Positions 17,647 through 28,598 of a stretch of DNA of 64,000 nucleotides are shown piece by piece. The notes below the pieces were generated by a model. The model ran no database searches. It was not told the origin of the DNA and saw only the letters and a list, made by a program, of their open reading frames with translations. Both the position numbers and the translations under genes were made by a program. Position 1 is the stretch's first letter, and each line of letters opens with the position of its first letter. Source of the DNA: Candidatus Hadarchaeota archaeon. Lineage in GTDB: Archaea > Hadarchaeota > Hadarchaeia > Hadarchaeales > JAGGTB01. The stretch spans positions 192,834-256,833 of the forward strand of contig CAYLJV010000002.1 in assembly GCA_964384105.1 (NCBI GenBank). Direction: 5' to 3'.

Positions 17647-18356
17647 CCACCTCTCATATAGACATCCTTTACATGCTCATCAGAAGTTACTTCTTCATAT
17701 GATCCTTCAGCTATCTTAGCTCCTCGATGCATTACAGCAACTCTTTCTACAACTTTCTTTAGAGCCTTAAGATTATGATCAATAATCAGAAATGTTGCTC
17801 CCTTCTCATTGTAGTCCATAACCATTTTTTGAAGTTCTGCAGTTTCGTCCGGGTTGAGACCCGCGAATATCTCATCCAACAAAATGAAATCTGGACCGGA
17901 AGCAAGTTTTTGTGCAAATTCTATCTTTCTAACATCCAATAAAGGCAGATCCCTTGGAGAAGTACCCAGTATCTTTTCCTCTAGACCTTCCTCTTCCACA
18001 ACTTCAGGTATATCTCTCTCACTACCCCCAAATATTTGGTTCCTCCAACGAGCAACTTGTATATTTTGTAAACCGCTTAATTCATTGAATAGCCAAGGCG
18101 ATTGAAAAACCCTAACAATACCTTTCCTTACTCTCTTCCATACAGGCTCACCGGTTATATCTTCTCCTTTAAAAATAACTTTACCACTAGTAGGATCAAG
18201 ATTACCGGTAATAAGATTAAACAAGGTTGTTTTACCAGCACCATTTGGACCGATTATACCCACCAGCTCACCCTCATTTACATCCAGGGTGAAACCATCA
18301 ACAGCCTTAAGCTCCCCAAAATGTTTGCTGAGCTCTTTCAACTCCAGTATAGGCAT
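17643..18356 (-). CDS. livG: Branched-chain amino-acid ABC transporter ATP-binding protein (LivG-like)
   Basis: Walker A GPNGAGKTT; 4-nt overlap with livF. Confidence 0.8.
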   Translation of the reverse strand: MPILELKELSKHFGELKAVDGFTLDVNEGELVGIIGPNGAGKTTLFNLITGNLDPTSGKVIFKGEDITGEPVWKRVRKGIVRVFQSPWLFNELSGLQNIQVARWRNQIFGGSERDIPEVVEEEGLEEKILGTSPRDLPLLDVRKIEFAQKLASGPDFILLDEIFAGLNPDETAELQKMVMDYNEKGATFLIIDHNLKALKKVVERVAVMHRGAKIAEGSYEEVTSDEHVKDVYMRGG

Positions 18357-18516
18357 GTTATTCCTCTTAAGTTCCGAATTTTACATAACCAATTTAACTG
18401 CTTGACATTTAAATATTTGGCCCTAGACCAGTTCGGCATACTGATTATTGAAAAAAATTAATCAAGCTCTGAAATCAGATTAAATAGTAACTAGAAAATT
18501 AAAACTGACCTAGTTA

Positions 18517-19908
18517 TTGGTTGATGAAATGGACATAAAAGTGAAAAATAAAAAAGAAATACTCTCAACAGGAAATATTTCAACCAAAAGAAAAGTTATT
18601 GATATTTTGGAGTACGCAATAAGTCAATCAATTCCTAGCAAAAAGCTGAAAGAAAATATAGCAGTCAGTAACAAAAAACTGAAAATTTTTGGCATTAATC
18701 TAAACCGAAAGGACTTTGAAGATATAGTTGTTGTTGGAGCAGGTAAGGCTTCCTACGAAATGGCAAAAGAAGTTGAATCTATTCTCTTAGATGAAATCAG
18801 AGAAGGGCTAGTCATCACTAAATATGGGTATAAGGAATGGGATCTCAAAAAAATAGACATATTAGAGGCTGGCCATCCAGTTCCAGACAAAAACAGTGAA
18901 AAGGGTGCTAGAAAGATTCTAAACCTAATTTCGGAAGCTAAAGAAAACGATTTAATTATAAATCTTATTTCCGGCGGGGGTTCCTCTTTACTTTGTGCAC
19001 CCTCTGGAGATATAACTCTCGAGAACATGAAGAAGACAACTGAACTATTAGTATCAAGTAATGCAACAATAGATGAGATAAATTCTGTTAGAAAAAATAT
19101 TTCTGAAATAAAAGGCGGAAAATTGGCAATCCGATCATATCCTAGAACTTGTATCTCTTTGATAGTATCTGATGTAGTGGGAGACAACCTGGAGACTATA
19201 TCCTCCGGGCCCACAGTATACGACTCCTCCAAACCATCCGATGCAGTAAATGTGCTAAAGGACCATTATCTATTGGAAAAAATACCTAAAACAGTGAGAA
19301 ATTACTTGTCAAAAAAAGCTGGATCAGATCAAAGGGAGTTAAAAAAATATTTTGATAACGGGAAAATCCATAATATTATAGTAGTATCAAATGACGTGGC
19401 CACCGAAGCGGCAAAAGAGAGAGGAGAAGAACTTGGATTAAATTCTCTAATACTATCCAGAATGATCGAAGGTGAGAGTAAAGAAGCGGGTATATTCACT
19501 GGAGGAATATTAAGAGACATATTAAGAACCGAGACCCCTATAGAAAAACCCTGTTTGTTAATTTCAGGAGGAGAAACAACAGTGACCCTATCTGGAAAGA
19601 AAGGTGAAGGTGGCCCAAACCAAGAATTTGCTCTTGGTTCGGCATCGAAAATAGATGGCATAAAAGGGGTCGCTGTGGCAGCAGTAGACACAGACGGAAC
19701 AGACGGTCCCACGGACATTGCTGGAGGAATTGTGGATGGAAATACATATAATCAAATTAAAAAATTGGGTCTAAATTTCAAAAAAGAACTTGAAAATCAC
19801 AACTCAAAAAAACTCTTAAAGAAAGCAAATGGTACTATTATATTAGGTCCTACTGGAACGAACGTGAATGATCTAAGACTTGCAATTGTCGACGACACAA
19901 AAAGATAA
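18517..19908 (+). CDS. Glycerate 2-kinase (MOFRL family)
   Basis: 463 aa; VVGAGKAS N-terminal motif, GGGSSLL, C-terminal GTDGPTDIAGG...DLRLAIV typical of MOFRL glycerate kinases. Confidence 0.7.
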   Translation: MVDEMDIKVKNKKEILSTGNISTKRKVIDILEYAISQSIPSKKLKENIAVSNKKLKIFGINLNRKDFEDIVVVGAGKASYEMAKEVESILLDEIREGLVITKYGYKEWDLKKIDILEAGHPVPDKNSEKGARKILNLISEAKENDLIINLISGGGSSLLCAPSGDITLENMKKTTELLVSSNATIDEINSVRKNISEIKGGKLAIRSYPRTCISLIVSDVVGDNLETISSGPTVYDSSKPSDAVNVLKDHYLLEKIPKTVRNYLSKKAGSDQRELKKYFDNGKIHNIIVVSNDVATEAAKERGEELGLNSLILSRMIEGESKEAGIFTGGILRDILRTETPIEKPCLLISGGETTVTLSGKKGEGGPNQEFALGSASKIDGIKGVAVAAVDTDGTDGPTDIAGGIVDGNTYNQIKKLGLNFKKELENHNSKKLLKKANGTIILGPTGTNVNDLRLAIVDDTKR

Positions 19909-20001
19909 AGTTTTTAAAAATCTAGAGAATTCTAGCAGCCAAAAGCCGTTTGTGATAAAAACTCCAAAATAAGTTTAAGGATTCAAAAAGTGTCGCTAAA
20001 C

Positions 20002-20985
20002 CTACATCCCGCGTATTTCTGTTTCTTTCTCTACCTTTTTCTTTTTACCGAAGACTTTCATTAAGCCAGACCTTATCGAAGGCCCTATGCCATTGGGCAA
20101 AATGTAGATAAAGGCTAGCGCAACTATTCCAAATATCACAAATCTGACAGCACCTAGGTGGTAAGGCCGCATAATCCAAAGAATCAATTGGATCAGATAA
20201 GCACCAATAACTCCACCCCAAAGAGTTCCGAAACCTCCAACTATAGTCATGATTATTACAAGCAGGATAGGTTGCAAACTGAAGAATGTACTCGGAGCGA
20301 TAGCTCCCATGTAATGCCCCATTATAACTCCACCGAGACTTGCAGCTAGAGAGGCCCACATAAACATGTAGAGCTTGAACTTAGTAGGTGAGATACCAAC
20401 ATTGGCAAGTAAATCTTCACTTTCCCTGATGGAGATATAGACTTCTCTCAGCCTAACCCTAAACTCATACCACATTATTATTCCGACTACTCCAAGAGCA
20501 ATTAACGACAGATAGAAATGAGGAATCACACCATTGACTATCTTTGGAACACCCCAAATACCGAGAGTACCTCCAGTGTAATCTCTGAAGTAAATTATCA
20601 ATCTATCAACTATGAATAAAACCAACAACGTGGCTAACGTGAAATATAATCCCTTAATTCTAAGGGATGGAAGGAAGAAAGCTACACTAGCAGCAATTCC
20701 TACTATTACGCCCAAAATAACAGCTGGATATATCGAGAAACCAGCGTGAATTATTAACATGAATGAAACGTAAGCGGGAAGACCAAACATTACACCATGC
20801 CCAAAGCTAATGTATCCTGTGATGCCACCAACAGCATCCCAACTGATTGCCCACAGAGAATAGATATTTGCAAATATGAACACATCTATTAGATCATTAG
20901 GCATAAATGGAGCCAAAATCGCAGGAATAGCTAAGACGATTACCCAAGGCGCAAATCTCTTGAATGAAGCCCTTCCTATTTTCAT
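20002..20985 (-). CDS. livM: Branched-chain amino-acid ABC transporter permease (LivM-like)
   Basis: Polytopic membrane protein, Liv permease pattern. Confidence 0.7.
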   Translation of the reverse strand: MKIGRASFKRFAPWVIVLAIPAILAPFMPNDLIDVFIFANIYSLWAISWDAVGGITGYISFGHGVMFGLPAYVSFMLIIHAGFSIYPAVILGVIVGIAASVAFFLPSLRIKGLYFTLATLLVLFIVDRLIIYFRDYTGGTLGIWGVPKIVNGVIPHFYLSLIALGVVGIIMWYEFRVRLREVYISIRESEDLLANVGISPTKFKLYMFMWASLAASLGGVIMGHYMGAIAPSTFFSLQPILLVIIMTIVGGFGTLWGGVIGAYLIQLILWIMRPYHLGAVRFVIFGIVALAFIYILPNGIGPSIRSGLMKVFGKKKKVEKETEIRGM

Positions 20986-21842
20986 TACATCCTACCTCCA
21001 AAGAGGCCTTGTGGCCTTAGACTGACAAGTATTAAAAGTATTATGAATGCGAATACACCCCTCAATCTAGGCTCTATCCAGACCATCGTAATAGTCTCAA
21101 TATAGGCAATCATGAGAGCTGCAACAATACCACCTTTTATGCTACCGATACCCCCCGCTACAGAAGCAGAGAAAGCGATCACCACAAGTGGGAACCATAT
21201 AGTAGACCTAAGGAATGTAAACTCACCATACATCACTCCACCTATAGCAGCTAGTAGACCAGCTATGACCCATACCAGTATAACCATCCTTTCAGTATTG
21301 ACTCCCCAAAGCTCGGCCGCTTGACGATTCAGTGCAGTAGCCCTAATGGATTTTCCCGTAGTAGTATTATTGATGAAAAATAGTGTAACAAACGTAAATA
21401 AAATCGCCAAACCGATTATTGCCATATGGTTAGCCGATATAGAAAACCCAGCGAGATTTATACTACCCGGTATGAAACTAGGGAAGCCATATCCTCCTGT
21501 AGAAGGATAGACAGACTCCATAAGCTTCTGAAACATGAATCCCATCAATAAAGTAACAATCCATATCAAAGAGTGACCCGCAGGCCACTTCCTAATAGAA
21601 AAGTAAATCCCCCCACTAGCAGCAGCACCTATGATAGCTGCCAAACCTATACAAATTGGAATGGGGACACCTGCAAGCCAAGTGAAAAGAAAAGTATAAC
21701 CCCCAACAAGAGCCGTAGATCCATGAAATAGATTCTCATATCCCCCTACACTGAAAATCAATACAAAACCTATAGCGACCAGTACGTAAATTCCACCCAG
21801 CGCACTTCCACGGATCAGGAAACTCAATACTTGATCTATCAT
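20985..21842 (-). CDS. livH: Branched-chain amino-acid ABC transporter permease (LivH-like)
   Basis: Polytopic membrane protein; 1-nt overlap with livM. Confidence 0.7.
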   Translation of the reverse strand: MIDQVLSFLIRGSALGGIYVLVAIGFVLIFSVGGYENLFHGSTALVGGYTFLFTWLAGVPIPICIGLAAIIGAAASGGIYFSIRKWPAGHSLIWIVTLLMGFMFQKLMESVYPSTGGYGFPSFIPGSINLAGFSISANHMAIIGLAILFTFVTLFFINNTTTGKSIRATALNRQAAELWGVNTERMVILVWVIAGLLAAIGGVMYGEFTFLRSTIWFPLVVIAFSASVAGGIGSIKGGIVAALMIAYIETITMVWIEPRLRGVFAFIILLILVSLRPQGLFGGRM

Positions 21843-22005
21843 GGTAACGTTACCAAATTCTCAGGTTGATATAAAAATGTAACGCCAACTTGATGAGAGT
21901 ACATCAATCCCTTCATAGCGCTCTCCTGCTTCTAGTTATAGTAAATAACGATTAAACTATTAAACTTTAAAGATTAAAACAAATCCTCAATGGAAAAGGA
22001 GCATC

Positions 22006-22278
22006 TCATCCTTCAGATATAGATATCTCATCCTTATCCTTCAACCTAGTATGGATACCTTTTATATTTCTAATAGATCTGCCATTCAAATCTATTTCAA
22101 AATCTTTGCTTAAATCACCCGTTCTAGGGTCCAAGATAGATTCAACGAGATCAGGGTTCCTTCTCCCAAGTTTTATCAATAAAACATCTATCGTCTCGCC
22201 TTCTTCTATCGGAAGAGTAATATCATTAGAGCCTACTCTTTCCTTCAGAGCTCCGCCAAAAGAAATTCTAACCTTCAT
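22006..22278 (-). CDS. MoaD/ThiS-like beta-grasp small protein ending in -SEG rather than -GG
   Basis: MKVRISFGGALKERVG...ETIDVLLIKL resembles MoaD N-terminus; C-terminus read as ...ISISEG-stop. Confidence 0.4.
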   Translation of the reverse strand: MKVRISFGGALKERVGSNDITLPIEEGETIDVLLIKLGRRNPDLVESILDPRTGDLSKDFEIDLNGRSIRNIKGIHTRLKDKDEISISEG

Positions 22279-22529
22279 CTTAATACAACTGCCCAAAACA
22301 TCTTTATTGATGAGCTAAATCCTCTCTAGATTCTCAATACTTTATCACTATTAAAATCTGACAGATAAAATAAAACAAAAATTTCTTCAGTTCGAAAATA
22401 AGATAAAAAATCGAAAGAAAATCTTATTAAAAATTAAAAACGCTCACTGACAAGAATAGTTCAAATAAGGATTTGAATTCATCTACCATAACTTTTTTAT
22501 TTTCACGTTCCCACCCGCAAATGATACAT

Positions 22530-23660
22530 ATGAAGATAGGAATACCAAAGGAAATTAAAGAAGCAGAAAACCGAGTTGGAGCTACGCCGGCCAATGTTAA
22601 AGCACTGGTCAGCGAAGGTCACGAAGTTGTTGTTGAAACTGATGCAGGACAAGGTATTGGTGCAAGTGACGATGATTACAAGGAAGCAGGTGCAGAAATA
22701 GTAGATAATGCAGAGGACGTATGGGCCGCCGATATGGTCGTAAAAGTTAAAGAGCCCATAAAACCGGAATATAAGTATTTCCGGGAAGATCTAATGCTTT
22801 ACACCTACCTACATCTTGCCAATCCAGAGCTAGAAGAACTAACAACCGAACTTAGAGACAATGGAGTAAAAGCAATTGCTTACGAAACCGTTGAAGAACC
22901 TGATGGTACACTACCTCTTTTGGAACCCATGAGTGAAATAGCTGGTAAGCTAGGAACTCAAGTTGGTGCCCAGTTCCTTCAAAAGCACGAAGGGGGAAGA
23001 GGAATTCTAATGGGTGGTGCCCTCGGTACCGACACTGCCACCGTGGTTGTACTCGGAGCAGGTACAGTCGGTAGAGGTGCCGCTAAGGTCGCTCTCGGTA
23101 TGGGAGCAGACACTATTGTACTAAACAGGAGTCTTTGGAGACTCGGAGAATTCGTTGACTCCGTAGGACTTGGCTATCCAGGAAAGTTAACGGCACTGAA
23201 ATTAAACCAGCACAACTTAGAAAAATCTTTGAAGAAAGCAGACGTAGCCGTTGGAGCTATACTTGTTCCCGGAACAACAGCCCCAACAGTAGTAAACAGA
23301 GATCTCGTGAAAAAGATGAAAGACAACAGTGTGATTGTCGACGTAAGTATAGACCAAGGAGGTATCTTCGAGACTTCAAGAGGTACAACTCACGAGGACC
23401 CGACTTACGTAGAAGAAGGAGTGGTTCACTACTGTGTAACTAACATGCCAGGAGCTGTGCCACGTACCTCAACGATAGCTCTTACCAACTCTACTATGCC
23501 CTATGCGATAGATTTGGCCAACAAAGGTTTCGAGAACGCAGTCAACGAAGACCCAGTGCTAGCTAAAGGAGTGAACGTCTACAAAGGCAAAATAACCTAT
23601 GAACCTGTGGCAAAAGCACACGGGCTAAAATACACACCTCTAGAAAAAGCAATGGCATAA
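22530..23660 (+). CDS. ald: Alanine dehydrogenase
   Basis: MKIGIPKEIKEAENRVGATPANVKAL... classic Ald N-terminus, Rossmann VLGAGTVG; internal Met start preferred over track start 22473. Confidence 0.85.
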   Translation: MKIGIPKEIKEAENRVGATPANVKALVSEGHEVVVETDAGQGIGASDDDYKEAGAEIVDNAEDVWAADMVVKVKEPIKPEYKYFREDLMLYTYLHLANPELEELTTELRDNGVKAIAYETVEEPDGTLPLLEPMSEIAGKLGTQVGAQFLQKHEGGRGILMGGALGTDTATVVVLGAGTVGRGAAKVALGMGADTIVLNRSLWRLGEFVDSVGLGYPGKLTALKLNQHNLEKSLKKADVAVGAILVPGTTAPTVVNRDLVKKMKDNSVIVDVSIDQGGIFETSRGTTHEDPTYVEEGVVHYCVTNMPGAVPRTSTIALTNSTMPYAIDLANKGFENAVNEDPVLAKGVNVYKGKITYEPVAKAHGLKYTPLEKAMA

Positions 23661-23867
23661 ACTCGGACAAATGGTTAAAGCTTCATTTCCTTCTTTTAAT
23701 TTTTTTATTTAACTCAAATGAAATTATTTATGAATTTAAGAAAAATAATAGTATTCAACCGGTTTATTTAGATATTAATCCAAAAATAAAATATCGAAAA
23801 CCAAAGATATTTATTTTCAATTGAGTTATTTCCAAACAACTGAGTAGAACAAGGAGGTGAAAATAAA

Positions 23868-25235
23868 ATGTATGGAGACAAATTATCAACTGATGAGATC
23901 GCCAAGCTAGATGAGAAATACACTATAAGAGGTTGGGGAACTGCCGGACCCCTCATAGTGGATCACGGAAAAGGAGCTAAGTTCTGGGACACCGATGGTA
24001 ACGAGTATATAGATTTTCTTTCTCAGACTGCCGGAGTTATGGGACTCGGTCACTGCAACGAAGAGGTTATCGAAGCCACTGAGTTCTGGCTTGAGAAGAT
24101 GCAGCACACTCTTACCGCCTTGGGAAATGCACCCCGAGCCGTATTAGCTGAAAAACTAGCTGAAGTAGCTCCTGGTGGAATGAAAGATAATATCTTAAGT
24201 TACTTCGCCTGTGGAGGTACAGAAGCTGTAGAAGGTGCCATCAAGGCCGCTATGAACATAACAGAAAGAACAGAAGTCATATCAACTTATCACGCATACC
24301 ATGGAGGCAGTGTGGCCAATATCTCCCTTATAGGTCAATCTTGGATGAGAAACTGGAAGCAAGCATATCCAGCAATGCCTGGATACAAGCAGGTTCCAAG
24401 ACCTTACGCTTACAGGACACCTGAAGGTGTAGATCCAGAGGACTGGGAAGATATTCTAGTTGAACTCTTCGAGGAGCAAATAACTTATGGTGCTGCTCAA
24501 GACAACGTAGCTGCCTTTATTGCCGAGCCATTCCCAGGAAATGGTGGACATCTAACCCCTGTAGAAAAGGACGTCTTCGAATACAATGACGCCTGGTTCA
24601 AAGGAGTCAAAGATGTATGTGAGGACAATGGAATTATGTTCATCGCAGACGAAGTCCAGAACGGTTTCGGTAGAACAGGTAAGATGTTTGGTATTGAGCA
24701 TTTCGATGTTACTCCTGATATAATGGTAACCGCAAAAGCTATTGGCAGTGGTATACCACTAAGTGCCTTTAGTATAAACAAGGATTCAGTCAGCGAAGAA
24801 TTCGAGAAAGAGGTCCAAGAATCACAATGGCATATATTCACATTTGGTGGTGCAGCAATGCTCTGTGCCGCAGGATGTGCTACTATCGATTACATCCAAG
24901 ACAACAACCTAATAGAAAAAGCCAACAAGAACGGAAAATTCGCCAGAAAGATTCTAGAGGACATGAAAGAAGACCACGAAATAATTGGTGACGTTAGAGG
25001 CCCAGCTTACTTCCAAGGTATAGAACTCGTTAAGGATCGAGATACCAAGGAAAAGGCCGGAGAAGAAGCAGCTCAAGTATTCGCAGGATGTCTGGAAGAT
25101 GGCCTCCTAGTAGGTGTAAGCGAAGTTGGTGGAATTGGAAACTTCGTCAAGTTCAAGCCACCACTTGTCATCACGAAAGACGAAATAGAAGAAGGAATGA
25201 ACATCCTCGAAGACAACATAAAGAAGGTCGAATAG
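23868..25235 (+). CDS. Class III (omega) aminotransferase, PLP-dependent
   Basis: 455 aa, ADEVQNGFGRTGKMF and TFGG motifs; strong SD aaggaggtga. Confidence 0.8.
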   Translation: MYGDKLSTDEIAKLDEKYTIRGWGTAGPLIVDHGKGAKFWDTDGNEYIDFLSQTAGVMGLGHCNEEVIEATEFWLEKMQHTLTALGNAPRAVLAEKLAEVAPGGMKDNILSYFACGGTEAVEGAIKAAMNITERTEVISTYHAYHGGSVANISLIGQSWMRNWKQAYPAMPGYKQVPRPYAYRTPEGVDPEDWEDILVELFEEQITYGAAQDNVAAFIAEPFPGNGGHLTPVEKDVFEYNDAWFKGVKDVCEDNGIMFIADEVQNGFGRTGKMFGIEHFDVTPDIMVTAKAIGSGIPLSAFSINKDSVSEEFEKEVQESQWHIFTFGGAAMLCAAGCATIDYIQDNNLIEKANKNGKFARKILEDMKEDHEIIGDVRGPAYFQGIELVKDRDTKEKAGEEAAQVFAGCLEDGLLVGVSEVGGIGNFVKFKPPLVITKDEIEEGMNILEDNIKKVE

Positions 25236-25410
25236 AACCGATACCTTCTTTCTTTATTTTTATTTTTCTTAATTTTTGTAATGTAAATAGAATTTATCCG
25301 ATGCTTTAACTTTCGAACGGAATTTTCTACCTAAAAATATTGGCAATGAAATAAAACCTCTTTAGAAAAGCTTTTAAACAAAATTTATTGAACTTACCAC
25401 TGGTGTAAAA

Positions 25411-26385
25411 ATGGCTAAAATAGCCTTTACCGAATATCCAGAAGTATACGAAGATTGGATGAAGGAAAATCTAGAATCTCACGAGTTGCTCTTTTACGAT
25501 AAAGTTATGGATTCCGAAGAGTTAGTCAAAGAATTCAAAGACAAAGATATCGAGATATTAAGCACGTTCATATACACAAGGGTAGACAAAAAAGCCATAG
25601 ACGAACTGGATAGTCTAAAATTAGTAACAACAAGAGCAACAGGATTTGACAATATAGATGTGGAGTATGCAACCGAAAAAGGAGTAGCTGTAGCAAATGT
25701 TCCAGGATACGGAGCTTATCCAGTTGCAGAACATGCATTTGGACTAATGTTAGCTATAGCAAGAAAAATACCTACGGCAGACAAATTCGTAAAGGAAAAT
25801 CAAAAATTCGACTACCGACCGTTCAGAGGTGCAGAACTCTTCGGCAAAACAATAGGAATAATCGGAACCGGTAATATTGGTCTGCATATGATAAAGATGG
25901 CACGGGGTGCGGGAATGAAGGTTCTCGCTTACGATGTCATAAAAAGAAATGAAGCTTCCTACGATATAGGATTTGAGTACACGGAACTAGACGATCTCTT
26001 GGAAAAAAGTGACTTCGTATCTCTACATGTGCCACTACTCGATGCAACCCGTCACATGATCGATGCAGACAGCTTCAAGAAAATGAAAGATGATGCATTT
26101 CTGATAAACTCCGCCCGGGGTGGAATTGTAGACACTGCCGCTATGATAAATGCCCTCAAAAACGGAGAGATAGCAGGCGCAGCAATAGACGCAGTAGAAG
26201 ATATGGGCGATCTCAAAAACGGTCTAACCGAGTTAGAAAATATAGTAATAACTCCCCACATAGCCTTCCATACCAAAGAAGCAGATATCCGGAGAATGGA
26301 GACCACTGTTGAAAATATTAACTCGATGCTGGAAGAAGGAAAGCCGGAAAATCAGATACTACCAGAGAAAATACCAGGGAAATAG
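25411..26385 (+). CDS. D-isomer-specific 2-hydroxyacid dehydrogenase (glyoxylate/hydroxypyruvate reductase or PGDH-like)
   Basis: GIIGTGNIG Rossmann motif, catalytic R...E...H context. Confidence 0.75.
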   Translation: MAKIAFTEYPEVYEDWMKENLESHELLFYDKVMDSEELVKEFKDKDIEILSTFIYTRVDKKAIDELDSLKLVTTRATGFDNIDVEYATEKGVAVANVPGYGAYPVAEHAFGLMLAIARKIPTADKFVKENQKFDYRPFRGAELFGKTIGIIGTGNIGLHMIKMARGAGMKVLAYDVIKRNEASYDIGFEYTELDDLLEKSDFVSLHVPLLDATRHMIDADSFKKMKDDAFLINSARGGIVDTAAMINALKNGEIAGAAIDAVEDMGDLKNGLTELENIVITPHIAFHTKEADIRRMETTVENINSMLEEGKPENQILPEKIPGK

Positions 26386-26533
26386 TCTTTGTATATCTTC
26401 TCCCTCTACTTTTTTTATTTTTTACAAAAGAAATTTCTATTAATTTCCTAAATAAAATTGGAAGATAAAAATAAAAAAATAAGAAAAATTTGAATTGGAA
26501 ATCCAACTGTAACTATCAGATTCAACCAAATGT

Positions 26534-28414
26534 TTATTTTGGCAGATCTTCGATTGCAAAATCCAATCCAAGTTCCTTCAGCTTAGATTTAGTTGGAATA
26601 CCCTCTGGCCAATCTTTGACCTTATAGTACTCCTCCATCATCTTTTCGAAAGGCGGTATCTTATCTTGAGCTCCACCTTCTTCATGTGGTGTCATTATTC
26701 TAGCTGGTAATTTCTCGTCAACTTTGGGATCCATTCCATGCTTTAGGTTGAACATTCTCTGTAAGTTGATTATTCTTTCTCCTGCCTTCAATAGATCGCT
26801 GTACTCAAGATTCCAACCGGTTACGGCATTGAGCAGTTTCGTGATGTACTCTGGCGTCACTCCAGAAAACTCGTAGAAGAAACACCATGGTAATGAATTG
26901 TTTACCGCTTGTCTGTCTTGGAACTTAGCAGCAGCTAAACCTTTCTTTTCAACTGCGTGTCTATCAAGTTGCTCATCTAGCTCTGGACTTGCTTCTGGGA
27001 AAGTAACTCCCAACTCTATAGCTTCTGGGAACCCATGCAAGTGGCAAGCGCCTCTTGTAGAAGTCGCAGTTTCAACAGCCATTGAGAAGAAAGCTCTTGG
27101 ATCATGCGCAGGAACAGCCATTCCATTAACATGTAAAGCTATCTCTGGACAGTTCAGTTCTTCACCAGCGGGTCTAAGACCTTCTCCAAGCAACGTTGGG
27201 ATCTCTCCATCTCTTTTAGCGACCTTCTTAAGCAATTTTATCATAGCATCGCCGTCGCCCCACTCTAATTCGAAACCAAGGTCTTCCTTAGTGATTATGC
27301 CTCGTTCGTAAGCTTCCATCGCAAACGCACAGATACCTCCGAAATCTATAGTATCAAGACCAAGTCTGTTACAAAGCTCGTTTGCCTTGTTTATCGCTTT
27401 CAAATCATCAATTAAACAATTGGATCCCATCATACCCAAAGTCTCGTATTCTGGGCCATAGTTATCCATAGCATACTTTTTTGGTTCTTCTACAGTAACT
27501 CTTCGATGACATCCCATTACACAAGGCGCACAAGCATCTGGTGTTGGATTTAGTACATCATTGAACTTACCACCGCTTCCTGCTCCGATTTCCAAGGCTC
27601 CTTCTTTCCAGTTGCCTTCAGCGAAGTTTTTCATTGGTAAAAGACCGCTTTCCTCTCTCGGAACAACTGCCATAGCCTGGCCTAGTTCTCTGTTATCCTT
27701 AGTAAAGTCCGCATCTTGAATTATTGGAAGAAGCTCTTTCTTAATCGATTTTAATTCATCTGGATTAGCAATCTCTACATCCATCGTTCCTCTAAAGGCG
27801 ATAGCTTTGAGATTTTTAGAGCCCATTACTGCACCCATACCGGTTCTACCAGCGCATCCATGTCCATAGTTAGCGAATATTCCTGCATATCTTACTAATT
27901 TCTCTGCTGCTGGACCTATAGGAGCTATTCTAATATTTTCGTCACCTAGCTCTTCTTTTATAGCATCTTCTGTCTCAAATGAATCTTTTTTACCCCACAG
28001 ATGGGAGGCGTCTTTAAGTTCAGCTTCTCCATCATGGACCCACAGGTAAACTGGTTTTTCAGCTTTGCCCGTAACAACAATAGCATCAAAACCTGCCTTC
28101 TTCATTTCTTTCGCGTTGTAGCCGCCACCTAAAGACTCTCCCCAAATACCACTCAGAGGAGATTTGGCACAGGCAACGTATCTACCACTTCCAAGTATTC
28201 CTGTCCCTGGGAAAGGACCTACTGCATAAACAAAGACGTTTTCCGGTCCAAGGGGATCAGCATCTTCTGGAACTTCATCGTAAACAATCTTAGTAGCTAG
28301 ACCAACACCGCCTATCCACTTTTCAGCCATTTCATCGCTGATTTCCTCGGTAGTTATTTCCTCGTTAGTGAGGTCTACTCTCAGTATTTTACCCCAATAT
28401 CCTTTACTTTTCAA
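26534..28414 (-). CDS. aor: Tungsten-containing aldehyde:ferredoxin oxidoreductase (AOR family)
   Basis: 626 aa, N-terminal MKSKGYWGKILRVDLT..., AOR_N/AOR family pattern incl. Cys ligands; SD aaggaggtga. Confidence 0.85.
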   Translation of the reverse strand: MKSKGYWGKILRVDLTNEEITTEEISDEMAEKWIGGVGLATKIVYDEVPEDADPLGPENVFVYAVGPFPGTGILGSGRYVACAKSPLSGIWGESLGGGYNAKEMKKAGFDAIVVTGKAEKPVYLWVHDGEAELKDASHLWGKKDSFETEDAIKEELGDENIRIAPIGPAAEKLVRYAGIFANYGHGCAGRTGMGAVMGSKNLKAIAFRGTMDVEIANPDELKSIKKELLPIIQDADFTKDNRELGQAMAVVPREESGLLPMKNFAEGNWKEGALEIGAGSGGKFNDVLNPTPDACAPCVMGCHRRVTVEEPKKYAMDNYGPEYETLGMMGSNCLIDDLKAINKANELCNRLGLDTIDFGGICAFAMEAYERGIITKEDLGFELEWGDGDAMIKLLKKVAKRDGEIPTLLGEGLRPAGEELNCPEIALHVNGMAVPAHDPRAFFSMAVETATSTRGACHLHGFPEAIELGVTFPEASPELDEQLDRHAVEKKGLAAAKFQDRQAVNNSLPWCFFYEFSGVTPEYITKLLNAVTGWNLEYSDLLKAGERIINLQRMFNLKHGMDPKVDEKLPARIMTPHEEGGAQDKIPPFEKMMEEYYKVKDWPEGIPTKSKLKELGLDFAIEDLPK

Positions 28415-28598
28415 ATTTTCACCTCCTTGTTCTACTAGTCGAGAGTTACTTTCTAGAACTTTTTAGTTTTTGGGTAATGATCTCTATAGAAAATTAAAGT
28501 GTAAAAAAATATTTACTTAGGAAAAAAAGTACTGTTTTCTCTTCAATAAACATCTAGGAGAAAAAATAGGTCATCAGGAACGGATTATCTATAAAAAT

